From contig JBNKHE010000006.1 in NCBI GenBank assembly GCA_050290185.1, forward strand, positions 217,508-281,507: a stretch of DNA of 64,000 nucleotides. The letters are read 5' to 3'. This document shows positions 26,768-37,662 of the stretch, piece by piece. The position numbers were made by a program, and so were the translations under genes. The notes under the pieces were generated by a model that worked only from the letters and a program-made list of their open reading frames with translations, was not told the origin of the DNA and made no database searches. Every line of letters begins with the position of its first letter. Within the stretch, counting starts at the first letter, position 1. The stretch comes from Pontiella sp. GTDB lineage: Bacteria; Verrucomicrobiota; Kiritimatiellia; Kiritimatiellales; Pontiellaceae.

Positions 26768-27612
26768 GAGAGAATACTCCGTAATGCAGGTTGCAGACTG
26801 GCATACTTGAACTCGTAGCCAGATTTAATCAGTTTTTCAGGGTACACCTTTGCACTGGATAGCAAAAGCGCATCAGCCATTTCTCCAAAAAGCAGGTGTG
26901 CCGCAAACGACGGCATGGGTAAAATAGTCGGTCGCTTGAGTATTTTACCAAGTGTTTTTGTAAATTCCATATTGGTAACAGGTTCTGGTGAAACCAGATT
27001 AACCGGTCCATGTATGCGTGGGTTATCAATCAGGTACCGAATAACAGCCACTTCATCGTCCAAACTAATCCAGCTCATAAACTGTTTACCCGTTCCAAGT
27101 ATACCTCCCCCACCCAACTTGAAAGGAGTAAGCATTTTATTAAGTGCCCCACCTTTTGAGCTCAGTACTATACCGGTTCTGATCTGGACAGTCCGCACTC
27201 CCGCATCTTCAGCCGATTGGGTTGAATCTTCCCATTTTTTGCAAACCTCAGGAAGAAAACCGATCCCTGGCTGACTCGATTCGTTGAGTATTTCTCTTCC
27301 TCTATCCCCATAATATCCTATGGCTGAAGCACAAATAAAAACGGAAGGTTTCGATTCGCTATCGGAAATCTGGTTAGCCAGCTGCGTCGTTCCTTGAACA
27401 CGGCTTTCTTCAATTCTCCTTTTTTTTCGGGGAGTCCAGCGACCGCTGGCTATATTTTCGCCAGCTAAATGAACTACGGCGTCCACACCTTTGAAATCAA
27501 TGGTTTCCTCATAGCTTCGCGGCAGGGCTATTACCTCATGTCCATCCTTCTCTAGATCAGCTGTAAGTGCTGCCCCAACCAAGCCAGATGATCCAGAAAT
27601 AAAAATTTTCAT
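26764..27612 (-). CDS. TIGR01777-family NAD-dependent epimerase/oxidoreductase (YfcH-like)
   Basis: ISGSSGLVG, HLAGENI..RW, SAIGYYG and GKQFMSWI motifs. Confidence 0.92.
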   Translation of the reverse strand: MKIFISGSSGLVGAALTADLEKDGHEVIALPRSYEETIDFKGVDAVVHLAGENIASGRWTPRKKRRIEESRVQGTTQLANQISDSESKPSVFICASAIGYYGDRGREILNESSQPGIGFLPEVCKKWEDSTQSAEDAGVRTVQIRTGIVLSSKGGALNKMLTPFKLGGGGILGTGKQFMSWISLDDEVAVIRYLIDNPRIHGPVNLVSPEPVTNMEFTKTLGKILKRPTILPMPSFAAHLLFGEMADALLLSSAKVYPEKLIKSGYEFKYASLQPALRSILS

Positions 27613-27746
27613 CTCGTTGTTCCTTCGTTTCTTACACGTAGAATACATTTCCAAACTGATTTTTACAATGATTCATCCATCTGCGCCTGATCTCTTCCCG
27701 TTAACTAAATAGATTCAGATTATGAAAAATGTAAAAAAGGTCGATA

Positions 27747-27771
27747 TGGAGGGACGATGTCCTCATCGTCT
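27747..27771 (+). repeat. REP-like palindrome (GGAGGGAC family)
   Basis: TGGAGGGACGATGTCCTCATCGTC; relatives at 47129-47180. Confidence 0.6.
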
Positions 27772-28042
27772 GTTCTTCGGCATAGCTCGGAACAGCCGGT
27801 CAACACGATCGCTGGACGCGCTGGCACCCAGTCACTAAAAAAAAATAAATTCGGCCTCATCTTTATGGAAGTCGATTCTAAATATTTTACGGCTGGAACA
27901 ATAGGTCGATTAGTTCTTTCATTTACATACATCTCGGTTGCTTTAATTGTCGGCTGAACACTATTATTCACAACTCGTTGTTGACCACTGGATTATCTAC
28001 TGCAACTATCCGTCCCTTTCCAAAGGGATTGTAGGTTAATAT

Positions 28043-29932
28043 ATGAATAAGTCTTTATATAATGTAATAGTCGTGGGAGGTGGCCATGCCGGTTATGAAG
28101 CTGCGCTCGCATCCGCACGTTTAGGTGCCAAAACATTACTGGTAACGCTGAATAAATCTTTGATTGGAAGACTTCCATGTAATCCATCTATCGGCGGGAT
28201 TGCCAAGTCACATATCGTGTCTGAACTGGACGCCTTGGGCGGTGAGTTGGGAAGGAATGCTGACTATACTGGAATACAATATCGAATGCTGAACACCCGT
28301 AAGGGTCCAGCAGTGCAATCCAACCGACTTCAGTGTGATAAGGATTTATTCCCTATTCGGATTCAAGCTGTTTTGGGCATGCAGGAAAATCTTGATATTC
28401 TGGATGATGCAGTCACATCCATTCGGGCTAAAAATGGAAAAATCATAGGAATTACCACGCGTTCAGCGGGTGATATTGATGCTGATTCTGTCGTTATATG
28501 TACAGGTACTTTCCTGCGGGGAAGAGTATTGATTGGTATGAAAAGTATCAATCAGGGCCGTATGGGCGAGGAATCTTCCGAAGAGCTGTCGGCTTCATTC
28601 AGCCGATTTGGATTTGAACTCGGACGATTAAAAACGGGAACTCCGCCGCGGATTCATAAGGACTCCGTCGACTATTCGAAAATGGAAGTACAGTTTGGAG
28701 ATGATCCCCCACCCTTCTTTTCACGAATGGCCCGCAAGGAATGGAAAATGTTCCACGTGGAACAGGCGGGATGTACTGATGAGGAAATTAAACGTATGTT
28801 CCACGTGGAACAACGGGATCTTCACCCCTGGATGCCCGGAAAGGACCAGATTCCTTGCTACTTGACCCATACGAATGAAAAAACGCATCAGATTATCGCG
28901 GATAACCTCGAAAAAAGCGCGATGTATGGTGGAATGGTAGAAGGAACGGGGGTTCGTTACTGTCCGTCCATCGAGGATAAGATCGTCAAATTTTCCGGTC
29001 GGGATTCGCATCACGTCTTTGTTGAGCCTGAAGGGCGAAATAATATCCGCCTGTATCCGAATGGAACTTCAAATAGTCTGCCGGAAGACGTACAAGAAGA
29101 AATGATTCATTCTATCGTGGGATTGGAAAATGCAGAGATTCTCCGTCCTGGATATGCGATCGAGTATGATTATGCTGATCCAACCCAGCTTTTCCACACA
29201 TTGGAGACAAAACGCGTCGAAAACCTCTATTTTGCAGGCCAATTGAATGGAACTACCGGTTATGAGGAGGCTGCTGGACAAGGATTTGTTGCTGGAACGA
29301 ATGCAGCTCTGAAGTCACTGGGTCGCGAACCCTTCACATTGAGCCGGAACGAGGGCTACATCGGAGTATTAATAGATGACCTGGTAACAAAGGGAACCGA
29401 TGAACCGTATCGCATGTTTACTTCACGCTCGGAACACCGTCTAACGCTTCGGCAGGATAATGTTTATTACCGGCTCCTTGAAAAAACAAAACAGATAGGG
29501 ATCGTTGATAACATGGATATTAACGAAATATCACAGCAATGGAATGAGATCAATATTGAAAAAATCCGCCTGGAAAAGGTCTTTTTCGAGGGAAATTCGC
29601 TAGCTCAGATCTTACGCCGTCCGGAACTGTCCTATGATGAATTGCCACAGGAAAAATCTTCCCTGGATCCCGATGTTAAAAAGCAGGTAGAAATAGAAGT
29701 AAAGTATGCTGGTTATATTAAACGCGAGCAGGAACGTATTGATTCGTCTAAAAAGCAGGAAACCCGATTGATACCTGCTGACTTTGATTACGATACCGTA
29801 AAAAGTATGAGATATGAACCGCGTGAAAAGCTGAAGAAGATTCGGCCTGAAAATTTAGGTCAGGCGGCTCGTATATCAGGGGTTAATCCATCCGACATCA
29901 CAATTTTAGGAATGTGGTTAAGCAAGCAATAG
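28043..29932 (+). CDS. mnmG: tRNA U34 carboxymethylaminomethyl modification enzyme MnmG/GidA
   Basis: [33 protein letters not shown] and [16 protein letters not shown] motifs. Confidence 0.99.
   Translation: MNKSLYNVIVVGGGHAGYEAALASARLGAKTLLVTLNKSLIGRLPCNPSIGGIAKSHIVSELDALGGELGRNADYTGIQYRMLNTRKGPAVQSNRLQCDKDLFPIRIQAVLGMQENLDILDDAVTSIRAKNGKIIGITTRSAGDIDADSVVICTGTFLRGRVLIGMKSINQGRMGEESSEELSASFSRFGFELGRLKTGTPPRIHKDSVDYSKMEVQFGDDPPPFFSRMARKEWKMFHVEQAGCTDEEIKRMFHVEQRDLHPWMPGKDQIPCYLTHTNEKTHQIIADNLEKSAMYGGMVEGTGVRYCPSIEDKIVKFSGRDSHHVFVEPEGRNNIRLYPNGTSNSLPEDVQEEMIHSIVGLENAEILRPGYAIEYDYADPTQLFHTLETKRVENLYFAGQLNGTTGYEEAAGQGFVAGTNAALKSLGREPFTLSRNEGYIGVLIDDLVTKGTDEPYRMFTSRSEHRLTLRQDNVYYRLLEKTKQIGIVDNMDINEISQQWNEINIEKIRLEKVFFEGNSLAQILRRPELSYDELPQEKSSLDPDVKKQVEIEVKYAGYIKREQERIDSSKKQETRLIPADFDYDTVKSMRYEPREKLKKIRPENLGQAARISGVNPSDITILGMWLSKQ
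28749..28764. promoter_or_regulatory. parS site 1 (inside mnmG)
   Basis: Perfect palindrome TGTTCCACGTGGAACA. Confidence 0.9.
28797..28812. promoter_or_regulatory. parS site 2 (inside mnmG)
   Basis: Second TGTTCCACGTGGAACA, 48 bp after the first. Confidence 0.9.
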
Positions 29933-31250
29933 AAATAGTATAATTGTATGCAGATGAATAAAAACCCCGAGAATTTTTGGAGGAAGTAATAAAACGTACC
30001 GGAAAATCCGGTCTTTTAAGCTCGGGATGAATGGCTCCAAGTTTATTGCCTGTAGGCCGGAACATGATCGAACTCCCTGTTTAGGTATATTTTCTTAGAT
30101 AGCTTAATACCAGTGTATTATTACGGTTCGTTGTTCCTACATTCGTGACAAGGTATAATCGGCCGTTGCATTTGGCCGCTTTAGATTGCAGGAAGTGACT
30201 GGTCGAAGACCATCCTGCCGGGACTCTTAAAGTAAAATCATAGCGAAATATAAAATATTAGCCGCTCGACAAAGGCTACAAGGTCTCTCGGACTCAATCA
30301 TTCCAGCCTTGTAAACCTTATTTTAGTAGCATTCAGTTATAACCATATTTTCCCCAATCAGGCAGTTTTTACCCCTACGATGAAGTATTCGCAAAGGGTA
30401 GGGGGGGCGTCACTCGATTAAAACTGGCGGCGAGAGAGTCACGTTCACGTTGCGGATTTCAACGCTGTGATAGAATTACAGAGGTCCGATTCGGCTCACA
30501 TTAACGAGCGTGGCGAAACCGAAAAAATCCGGATAAACATACAGAATTAAAATCAGTTCCTGAGACGGGGAGGATGATTTGTATAATCGTCAATTCCTTA
30601 ATGTCATTCCATTCGGATAAAACCCTTTACCGCTCTAAATTGTTCAGCTCATACCCATATTTAGAGTGAGGAAAAATAGTGAATTGACTCCTTTCAGCCA
30701 AACAATCTGGATATTGTGCCAAGCTAGCGCACTGGCAGGCTGCAATCTACAACCGAAAAATACCGCTAGTGATCGTGAGCATTACGTTAACCTTATATTT
30801 TAGTAGTACATACATAAATAACTGGTAATAAAGGATAAATACAAGTTATGAATCAAAACGATCTATTCCTAATACGAAGGAAAAACCCTATGCAAGTCGC
30901 ACGATAATCCAGACATCGCTACGATCTATGAAGATTGTCTCGGTGGGCCACTCGGCTATCTATCGCACAAGCTTCTCCACACAAAATACATCGAAAAGGA
31001 GCTAATATAAGAAGAGGGCGCATCGGTAAGCACATCATCGTCGGGGTGCATAGAGTAGATCGCAAAAAATATGCTGCACAAGTGCAGGAAATTTTCACGC
31101 GGTACCGTTCGCTGAGCCGTACGCGCTTGGGGCTGTGCGCGATAATTATTTTGTCCCTGATCATTTTGTCGATGTTTTCCCTTCAAGATTCGTTTAATTT
31201 TGGGGTTGCGTTCACAAAGTTGAATCATTAGTTTTCGCCTCTTCTCGAAT

Positions 31251-31326
<76 letters not shown>

Positions 31327-31331
31327 TTTTC

Positions 31332-31358
31332 AAGGCCCTGTTTTTCAGGGCCTTTTTT
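31332..31358 (+). terminator. tRNA-Lys terminator
   Basis: AAGGCCCTG-ttttt-CAGGGCCTTTTTT. Confidence 0.8.
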
Positions 31359-31417
31359 ATTTGGAATCGTCCCTCCGTCTTTACTGATAATATCGTTGAT
31401 GTTCAAAGGAGAAGGGG

Positions 31418-32029
31418 ATGCAAACAGTGCTTGAACTGTTAATCCATGGCCTGCACTATCTGCGCTTACCTGATTTCCTAGGAGTAAAAATGAGTTTGCA
31501 ATGGATTGCCATTCTACTGGGTGTTTTAGCCACTGCTGGTGGACTGATCGGAATATTTAAGCCGGAGATGATCAATCGCTTTGCTGAGTTGTTTCCACGG
31601 AGCATTGTTCCTGCATGGGTCCTTACTGCACTTTGTTGCTTTCTGGGTGCCAGAGAAGCATTAGCCATGAATATGGGATTCCTGGATTCCTATAAAATTT
31701 ACATCTACCTGCTTGCGCCCGTTGTCTTTGTTGCAAGCATAACGTATTTGAAGGAATTGCTGGCCCCGCGGGCACTGGGTGGTTTTTTACTGTTGATCGC
31801 GGTTCCCATTGTACGAACAGCCTCATTGTCGGGGAAACCTATGTTCCAGATTATAGTTGCACTGGTGTACTTATGGATTATCTATGGATTGATTCTTCTT
31901 CTTTCGCCGTGGTGGTTCCGGAAATTCTATAAACCATTTCTGGGAAACAGTGGTCTGTTCAAGGCAACGGCAATAACGAAGACCGCAGTTGGTCTCGCAT
32001 TAATTCTTCTTGGCGTCATTGTGTATTAG
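31418..32029 (+). CDS. Multi-pass membrane protein
   Basis: About six hydrophobic helices; LLAPRALGG and LSPWWFR motifs; true start may be 31490. Confidence 0.8.
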   Translation: MQTVLELLIHGLHYLRLPDFLGVKMSLQWIAILLGVLATAGGLIGIFKPEMINRFAELFPRSIVPAWVLTALCCFLGAREALAMNMGFLDSYKIYIYLLAPVVFVASITYLKELLAPRALGGFLLLIAVPIVRTASLSGKPMFQIIVALVYLWIIYGLILLLSPWWFRKFYKPFLGNSGLFKATAITKTAVGLALILLGVIVY

Positions 32030-32046
32030 ACATCACGAGGCTTCTA

Positions 32047-32787
32047 TTACTGGTCAGAAGTGTCCAAAACCGGCTGATCGGTTTCTTCGTCGAGGGATTT
32101 TCCGGCTGACTCATCTTCTCCTTTGAGGGCCTTTTCAGATTCCCATGCCCGCTGACACTTTTGAATCTGTTCCGTATACTCATCGACCATTTCCTCGGTG
32201 ATACCCTGTCCGTATCTGGTTGCGATCCGGGCCATCTGTTCAATGGCTCTCAATGCCTTTTCATATTGACCGGTCACATAATAGGCTTCGGAAAGCGTAC
32301 TCCAAACATGGTGGTCGTTCGGAGCAATCGCCATGGCCTCCTGGGCGAGTTTAATCGCGGCTTCTCCGTCCCGGAATGAAGGGTCCTCAGCGGTTGAGTA
32401 GAGCCAGGCAAGATTGTTTTTCAGTTGAAAGTCGTCGGGATATTCCGCAATCAGCTTTTTAAGTGAGGTTTCCGCCTTGGCGTATTGCTTTGCACTAATG
32501 TAGACGTGGGCAATAATAAAACGCGCATTCTTGTTCAAAGGATCAATTTCCAGGATACGTTCATATACCCCTATTGCGGATGTATAGTCTTCTTCATCGA
32601 AGTACACCGATGCGACTTGCAGTAAAAAATCGATGCGCTCTTGATCGGTACGACTATCGATTTGCAAGCCACCGCTAAGGGCCGATGTTGCAGCATTGGT
32701 TACCTCCGGTTCATTTTGTTCCTGCGCAAAACCGGCAGGCGTAAACATGATGCTTAACAAGATGATGGCGCGGGTGGCTGGCTTCAT
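32047..32787 (-). CDS. Secreted TPR protein
   Basis: Signal peptide; TPR pattern including NNLAWLYST. Confidence 0.88.
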   Translation of the reverse strand: MKPATRAIILLSIMFTPAGFAQEQNEPEVTNAATSALSGGLQIDSRTDQERIDFLLQVASVYFDEEDYTSAIGVYERILEIDPLNKNARFIIAHVYISAKQYAKAETSLKKLIAEYPDDFQLKNNLAWLYSTAEDPSFRDGEAAIKLAQEAMAIAPNDHHVWSTLSEAYYVTGQYEKALRAIEQMARIATRYGQGITEEMVDEYTEQIQKCQRAWESEKALKGEDESAGKSLDEETDQPVLDTSDQ

Positions 32788-32795
32788 TAAAACTC

Positions 32796-33749
32796 CTAAT
32801 TTGCATTGCCGATTTCGACATGTATTGCTGCGGGCTCGGTTTTGACAAGCTGGAGCCCGCTGGGAAGGTCTACGATTACCGGCAGATCATAGCCGGTATT
32901 TTCGGCCAGTCCAGTACAGCTTACATAAGCGAAAAGTTCAGCGGACCGCAGTTGATCAACCCGTTGCTGCTGCCCGATGACGGTCACATTGATCGCCAGG
33001 GGCTGGATATCGAAACGGCGGCGTTCTCCCGGATTGCATAGAATCCGTACCGGGACTTTCTCGAAAACCGCCGTGCTGTTGTGGGCATCGAGCGTGAACT
33101 CAACGGATACCCGTTCAGGTTCCGTTTGCAGCCGTCCACCCTGGGGCAGGGCGATCCGTACATTCTCTTTGAAGGAAGACTGCCGGTTTTTGAGATCGAT
33201 GGGCTCGGTACGGATATTATCCATCTTTTCAAGCTGCTGCTGTGCACCTTTCACCAGTACGGTTGCCGGCTTGCAGACTATACTCGCAATTTCAAAACCC
33301 TCCGGGAGAGACCCATTGAGTGCCGCTTTGACGGGAAGTGGTTTTTCCATCTCCCGATCGAGTTTTATTTCGATTTCCGCGGGATTGAACCGGAGTACGC
33401 GTGCGCCCGTGGGATTATTCTTCAGAAATATCGGATGAAGTTGAATGACCATGGCCTTTCCCTGTTCCGGATCGCTTACCGGAATCACGATGCGCAGTTG
33501 CTCGCGGTTGAGATCTCGAATGTCTTCCCGGGATCCTAAAAACCGGATATCTATGGTATCCAGTGATTTATCCAATACTGCCCAGCCTTCGGGAGCATCC
33601 ACTTCAACCGCTATATTGGAAACCGGAAGCTCAAACCCAATGTTGCGCCTGATCGCCTGCCACGCAAAGAATGACAGCAAGAAACACAGTAACAGAAGCC
33701 ATTTTTCCTTCCGCAGTTGGTTCCAGAATCTGGAAAATCGATCATTCAT
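32796..33749 (-). CDS. cdaR: CdaR/YbbR-domain protein
   Basis: N-terminal TM, repeated YbbR beta motifs (P..V.V.G); overlaps the cdaA stop. Confidence 0.85.
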   Translation of the reverse strand: MNDRFSRFWNQLRKEKWLLLLCFLLSFFAWQAIRRNIGFELPVSNIAVEVDAPEGWAVLDKSLDTIDIRFLGSREDIRDLNREQLRIVIPVSDPEQGKAMVIQLHPIFLKNNPTGARVLRFNPAEIEIKLDREMEKPLPVKAALNGSLPEGFEIASIVCKPATVLVKGAQQQLEKMDNIRTEPIDLKNRQSSFKENVRIALPQGGRLQTEPERVSVEFTLDAHNSTAVFEKVPVRILCNPGERRRFDIQPLAINVTVIGQQQRVDQLRSAELFAYVSCTGLAENTGYDLPVIVDLPSGLQLVKTEPAAIHVEIGNAN

Positions 33750-34596
33750 CCGACGTCTCTTTCACGGTCATTAAGGCGGTATCGGACAGCGCGGCCTCGC
33801 CCTTCTGGATTTTTTCGCGGAAGCGGGCCAGACCTGTACGTTCCCGCCGCAACATGGAGGAAAGCATGCGCCGCAGGCGTTCTTCTTCCAGGCCCCGGCG
33901 AATCTTTCCGTTGTAGGCAATGGAAATGGCTCCCGTTTCCTCGGATACAACGACGACGATGGCGTCGGTTTCCTCGGTAATCCCTATAGCGGCCCGGTGG
34001 CGTGTGCCGAGCTTGCTTTGATCTTCCTTTTGAGAAAGGGGAAACAGGCAACCGGCGGCGCATATACTATCGCCGGAAATAATTACACCCCCGTCGTGGA
34101 GCGGCGTGTGCGGAAAAAAGATGGTGGCCAGCAGCTCGGTGCTCACGGTGCTGTGCATTTTAGTTCCCGTATCCTGAATGGCACGCGTTCCGATTTCCCG
34201 TTCGATGGCAATCAACGCACCGATCTTGCGGTTGGAAAGAATCATCACGGCCTGCATGATCGGCTCCACCAGACTCATTTGCGATGACATGCCGCTTGAC
34301 CGCCAGGGCTGGCGACCCAGCCGGGCCAATGCACGCCGGATTTCGGGCTGGAAAATCACTACGACGGCCAGACTGATGTAGAGCATCAGCTTGGAAAGCA
34401 ACCAGTTCAACACATCCAGATGGCTCAGGCTGGTGATGGCGAAGAGGATCACGAAAAGCATGATCAATCCAGACAGAATCGCCGAGCCACGCGTACCCTT
34501 GAAGAGCCGGAAAACAAAATACATCATAGTGGCCAGGATGAGAATTTCGATCCATCCCGTCCAGTCCGGCAGTTCAAGAGCTTTTATCCATTGCAT
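33742..34596 (-). CDS. cdaA: Diadenylate cyclase CdaA/DacA
   Basis: Three TM helices; FQPEIRRAL, PLHDGG and GTRHRAA motifs. Confidence 0.95.
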   Translation of the reverse strand: MQWIKALELPDWTGWIEILILATMMYFVFRLFKGTRGSAILSGLIMLFVILFAITSLSHLDVLNWLLSKLMLYISLAVVVIFQPEIRRALARLGRQPWRSSGMSSQMSLVEPIMQAVMILSNRKIGALIAIEREIGTRAIQDTGTKMHSTVSTELLATIFFPHTPLHDGGVIISGDSICAAGCLFPLSQKEDQSKLGTRHRAAIGITEETDAIVVVVSEETGAISIAYNGKIRRGLEEERLRRMLSSMLRRERTGLARFREKIQKGEAALSDTALMTVKETSDE

Positions 34597-35453
34597 TACA
34601 GATCACCGAAAGAAAGTGTATCCAACATACGGCAAACATCGCAAGTGTCTAATACATCATGCACGCGCAAAATATGTGATCCATGGGTCACGGCCCATGC
34701 TGCAACTCCAAGGCTGCCTGCCAGACGGTCTTCTGGCCGTGGGCGTCCCGTAAGCTGTCCGATGAAGCTTTTGCGCGATGCGCCAACCAGAACAGGGCAA
34801 CCGCATAACGTCAGTTGCGGCAGGTTGCGCAGCAGTTCGAGATTGTGTTCGACGGTCTTGCCGAAGCCGATCCCCGGATCGATTGCGATCCGGTTGGGGG
34901 GCACCCCATGTTGATCGGCAAAATCAATGCGCGACTTGAGATAAGCGCATACTTCGGCCGTCACATCTTTGTAGACCGGGTTTTCCTGCATGGTGCGCGG
35001 TGTGCCCTTCATGTGCATCAAAACCACACCGGCTCCTGATTCGGCGGCAATTCTGGCCATGTCGGGGTCGGCTTCGAACGCGGAAACATCGTTGATAATA
35101 TCGGCACCGGCCGCGATCGCTGCGGTCGCAACGCTGGCCTTCGTTGTGTCGATCGATAGGGGAATATCAGACTGCGCCCGGATTCCACTAATGACCGGAA
35201 CCGTTCGCTGGATTTCCTCATCTTCGGATACGGAACCGGCACCGGGGCGGGTCGATTCCCCGCCAATGTCGATGATATCAGCGCCTTGTTTCACCATTTC
35301 AAGCGCATGCTGCACAGCAGCCGTTGGATCGATAAATTCGCCGCCATCGGAAAATGAATCGGGCGTTACGTTCAGAATGCCCATAACGAGCGTACGTTCG
35401 CCTAGCTTGATGACGCGGTCGCGGCAAATCCAATTGAAGTGTTTGCGGTTCAT
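34596..35453 (-). CDS. folP: Dihydropteroate synthase
   Basis: MGILNVTPDSFSDGG, GGESTRPG, IDPGIGFGK, SRKSF and LRVHDV motifs. Confidence 0.98.
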   Translation of the reverse strand: MNRKHFNWICRDRVIKLGERTLVMGILNVTPDSFSDGGEFIDPTAAVQHALEMVKQGADIIDIGGESTRPGAGSVSEDEEIQRTVPVISGIRAQSDIPLSIDTTKASVATAAIAAGADIINDVSAFEADPDMARIAAESGAGVVLMHMKGTPRTMQENPVYKDVTAEVCAYLKSRIDFADQHGVPPNRIAIDPGIGFGKTVEHNLELLRNLPQLTLCGCPVLVGASRKSFIGQLTGRPRPEDRLAGSLGVAAWAVTHGSHILRVHDVLDTCDVCRMLDTLSFGDL

Positions 35454-35463
35454 GATGGACTAC

Positions 35464-36234
35464 TTATAACACGACTTTCAGGCCGTCCCAAGGCACGGTT
35501 ACGGTATCGCCCAGCCGGGCTTGGAGATCGTGGTGCTCGGAGCAGTGGGTGAGGTGGGTGATGAACGATTGCCGGGCTCCAATATGAGCGAGTTGTTCGA
35601 TGCATTGATCGATATTAAAGTGGGTAGGGTGCTCCTGCGGACGCAGGCCGTCGAGAATCATGGCGTCCAAATCGCCAAGCAGGAGCATCGTTTCTTCAGG
35701 AATGCGGTTGCAGTCGGGAATATAACCCAGCCGTTTGTCATCGCCCTCAATGAGGAAGCCGTAAATCATTTCCTGGCCATGCCAGACGGGTAGGGGGGTA
35801 ATCCGCACATCGCCTACAGCAACCGGTTCGGTCTGTTCGGTGAACTGCACACGCGGTACGCTCTCAAAGCTGTAGCTCGGTTTGTCGACATAGTCGAATT
35901 TCTTGCGCATCAGCTGGATTGTTTCGGCCGATCCGTAGACCGGGATATGCTGTTCCTGCAGGGTGCTGAAGCGCCGGACGTCGTCGAATCCGAAGATATG
36001 GTCTGCATGGGGATGAGTGAGAAACACCGCATCCACGCGCTCGACGCCGAAGGTTAGCACCTGGTCTCGGAAATCCGGCGGTGTATCAAACACCAGATAT
36101 TGGCCGTCGGTTACGACGTAAAGACTGCAACGCCGCCGCTTGTTCTTGATGTCGCCGGACATGCAGACCGGACATGAACACCCGATCATGGGGATGCCGT
36201 GCGAGGTTCCGGTTCCTAGGAAAGTGAACTCCAT
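35464..36234 (-). CDS. Metallo-beta-lactamase-fold hydrolase (PhnP-like)
   Basis: FLGTGTSHGIP..GCSCPVC and THPHADHIFG motifs; start taken at MEFTFLG. Confidence 0.9.
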   Translation of the reverse strand: MEFTFLGTGTSHGIPMIGCSCPVCMSGDIKNKRRRCSLYVVTDGQYLVFDTPPDFRDQVLTFGVERVDAVFLTHPHADHIFGFDDVRRFSTLQEQHIPVYGSAETIQLMRKKFDYVDKPSYSFESVPRVQFTEQTEPVAVGDVRITPLPVWHGQEMIYGFLIEGDDKRLGYIPDCNRIPEETMLLLGDLDAMILDGLRPQEHPTHFNIDQCIEQLAHIGARQSFITHLTHCSEHHDLQARLGDTVTVPWDGLKVVL

Positions 36235-36235
36235 A

Positions 36236-37000
36236 TCAGGCCACCGTACAATGCCGCACCAGCGCCTTGCTGCGCGGGAAGATGATATCGAACCGGTCGG
36301 GCAGGGGGGCGCCAATGTTGATATCGGGCTGGAACGCAACATTGCGCAAGAGGAGATACTTGCCGGAATACTCCTGCAGCAGGCCCGCAAATTCGATCAC
36401 CTGGCCGTCTTCGAGCATTTCAACGATCACCTGTTTGCTCAGATATTTTTCCAGCACCGGTTCATAGGCGTTGGGAACCGTTCCCAGCAGGGTATTGCCG
36501 ATCTCCCCGGCGCGCTTGTCCGCTCCGGCCACCTTGCCGATCGGCGTGCTCTTTTTCATGCTGCCGATCAGCATTCCCATGGATTGCGAAACGGCATCGC
36601 GCAACGTATTGAAGACGTTCCATAGCCAACGCTTAAACCGGCGCAGCAGCGAGGGGTTGGCGATGCGCCGGATCTCCTTCTGCCATTTTTCGTATTCCGC
36701 GGTTCCGGCAAGCGGCGGTGGCTGGAGGATTTTTTTGATGCCGTCGACCTCCGGTGAATAGAGCACGTAGCTGGCTTTCTTGAAGCCCGATTCGTCCGCT
36801 TCCGGATGCTCGAACACCAGCTCCATGGCTTTCGGATAGGCAATAAAACGACCCCACATCCATTTTCCTGATTCCATCCGGATCATAACCGGATGCCGGT
36901 TGAAATATTTCAGACAGCGGTCGCGTTTGCGCCGGGTGGCGATTGCGGTAATCGTTGCCGCCACGAACAACAGAATCATGGGGATCCAAAAATCGAGCAT
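36236..37000 (-). CDS. Hypothetical membrane-anchored protein
   Basis: 254 aa, N-terminal TM; coupled to the downstream MBL gene. Confidence 0.8.
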   Translation of the reverse strand: MLDFWIPMILLFVAATITAIATRRKRDRCLKYFNRHPVMIRMESGKWMWGRFIAYPKAMELVFEHPEADESGFKKASYVLYSPEVDGIKKILQPPPLAGTAEYEKWQKEIRRIANPSLLRRFKRWLWNVFNTLRDAVSQSMGMLIGSMKKSTPIGKVAGADKRAGEIGNTLLGTVPNAYEPVLEKYLSKQVIVEMLEDGQVIEFAGLLQEYSGKYLLLRNVAFQPDINIGAPLPDRFDIIFPRSKALVRHCTVA

Positions 37001-37118
37001 CTGTATTTCCTTCCGTGTAACTGGTCGTCTTTACGTTGATAAAGAAAGTGGTGTCCTGTTGGACACCACGCAATACACGGAAGCGACTGGAATTAAAAGC
37101 CTCTTTCCGGTTCTTTAC

Positions 37119-37337
37119 CTAACCCGCGGTGTGTTCGCGGTAGTGGCTGTCGCGCCAGCAACGGGGAAGCTGTTCGCCCGAGGGGAAAAGCAGATCCGAC
37201 TTCTCGTACTTTCCTACATCCATCGTATCTTCCCCGGCTTGTGTACGGGCGGACACCCGCTCGACGAACGGGTCGAAGATTTCCTGCAGATCGAGTGCTT
37301 CAACAAGATCTTTCGTTGGTGCATGTCTTAAAAACAT
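37119..37337 (-). CDS. Small conserved protein (FPSGE.LP.CW family), paralog 1
   Basis: MFLRH...DLVE...AGE...FPSGEQLPRCWRDSHY. Confidence 0.85.
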   Translation of the reverse strand: MFLRHAPTKDLVEALDLQEIFDPFVERVSARTQAGEDTMDVGKYEKSDLLFPSGEQLPRCWRDSHYREHTAG

Positions 37338-37360
37338 ATCGAACCTTCCTCTCTTCAGCG

Positions 37361-37579
37361 CTATGCGGCCGCATGTTCGTTATAATGGCTATCCAGCCAG
37401 CACAACGGCAATGATTCCCCCGAAGGGAAGATCAGCTCTGTTTTCAGGAAGTTTTCGGGTCGGTTAACAACCTCTCCGGCATAGGACCGGGCCCGAATAG
37501 TGGGTGATGCGGAGTTGATGACATCCGTAAGGTCAACGACCTCGACCATATCTCCCGTAGGAACATGTTTTAGATACAT
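37361..37579 (-). CDS. Small conserved protein (FPSGE.LP.CW family), paralog 2
   Basis: MYLKH...DMVE...AGE...FPSGESLPLCWLDSHY; GGAGG RBS. Confidence 0.85.
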   Translation of the reverse strand: MYLKHVPTGDMVEVVDLTDVINSASPTIRARSYAGEVVNRPENFLKTELIFPSGESLPLCWLDSHYNEHAAA

Positions 37580-37662
37580 GACTTACCTCCATCGCTTTAT
37601 TTCCCTTTTTGACCCAGATGGAACAATAAAGGTTCAAACCGCGGATGAATGGGCCATGACGG

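Noticed and set aside
30265..30315. Possible displaced mnmG tail (KATRSLGLNHSSL versus [13 protein letters not shown])
   Set aside because: Similarity is too weak, with no nucleotide-level support.
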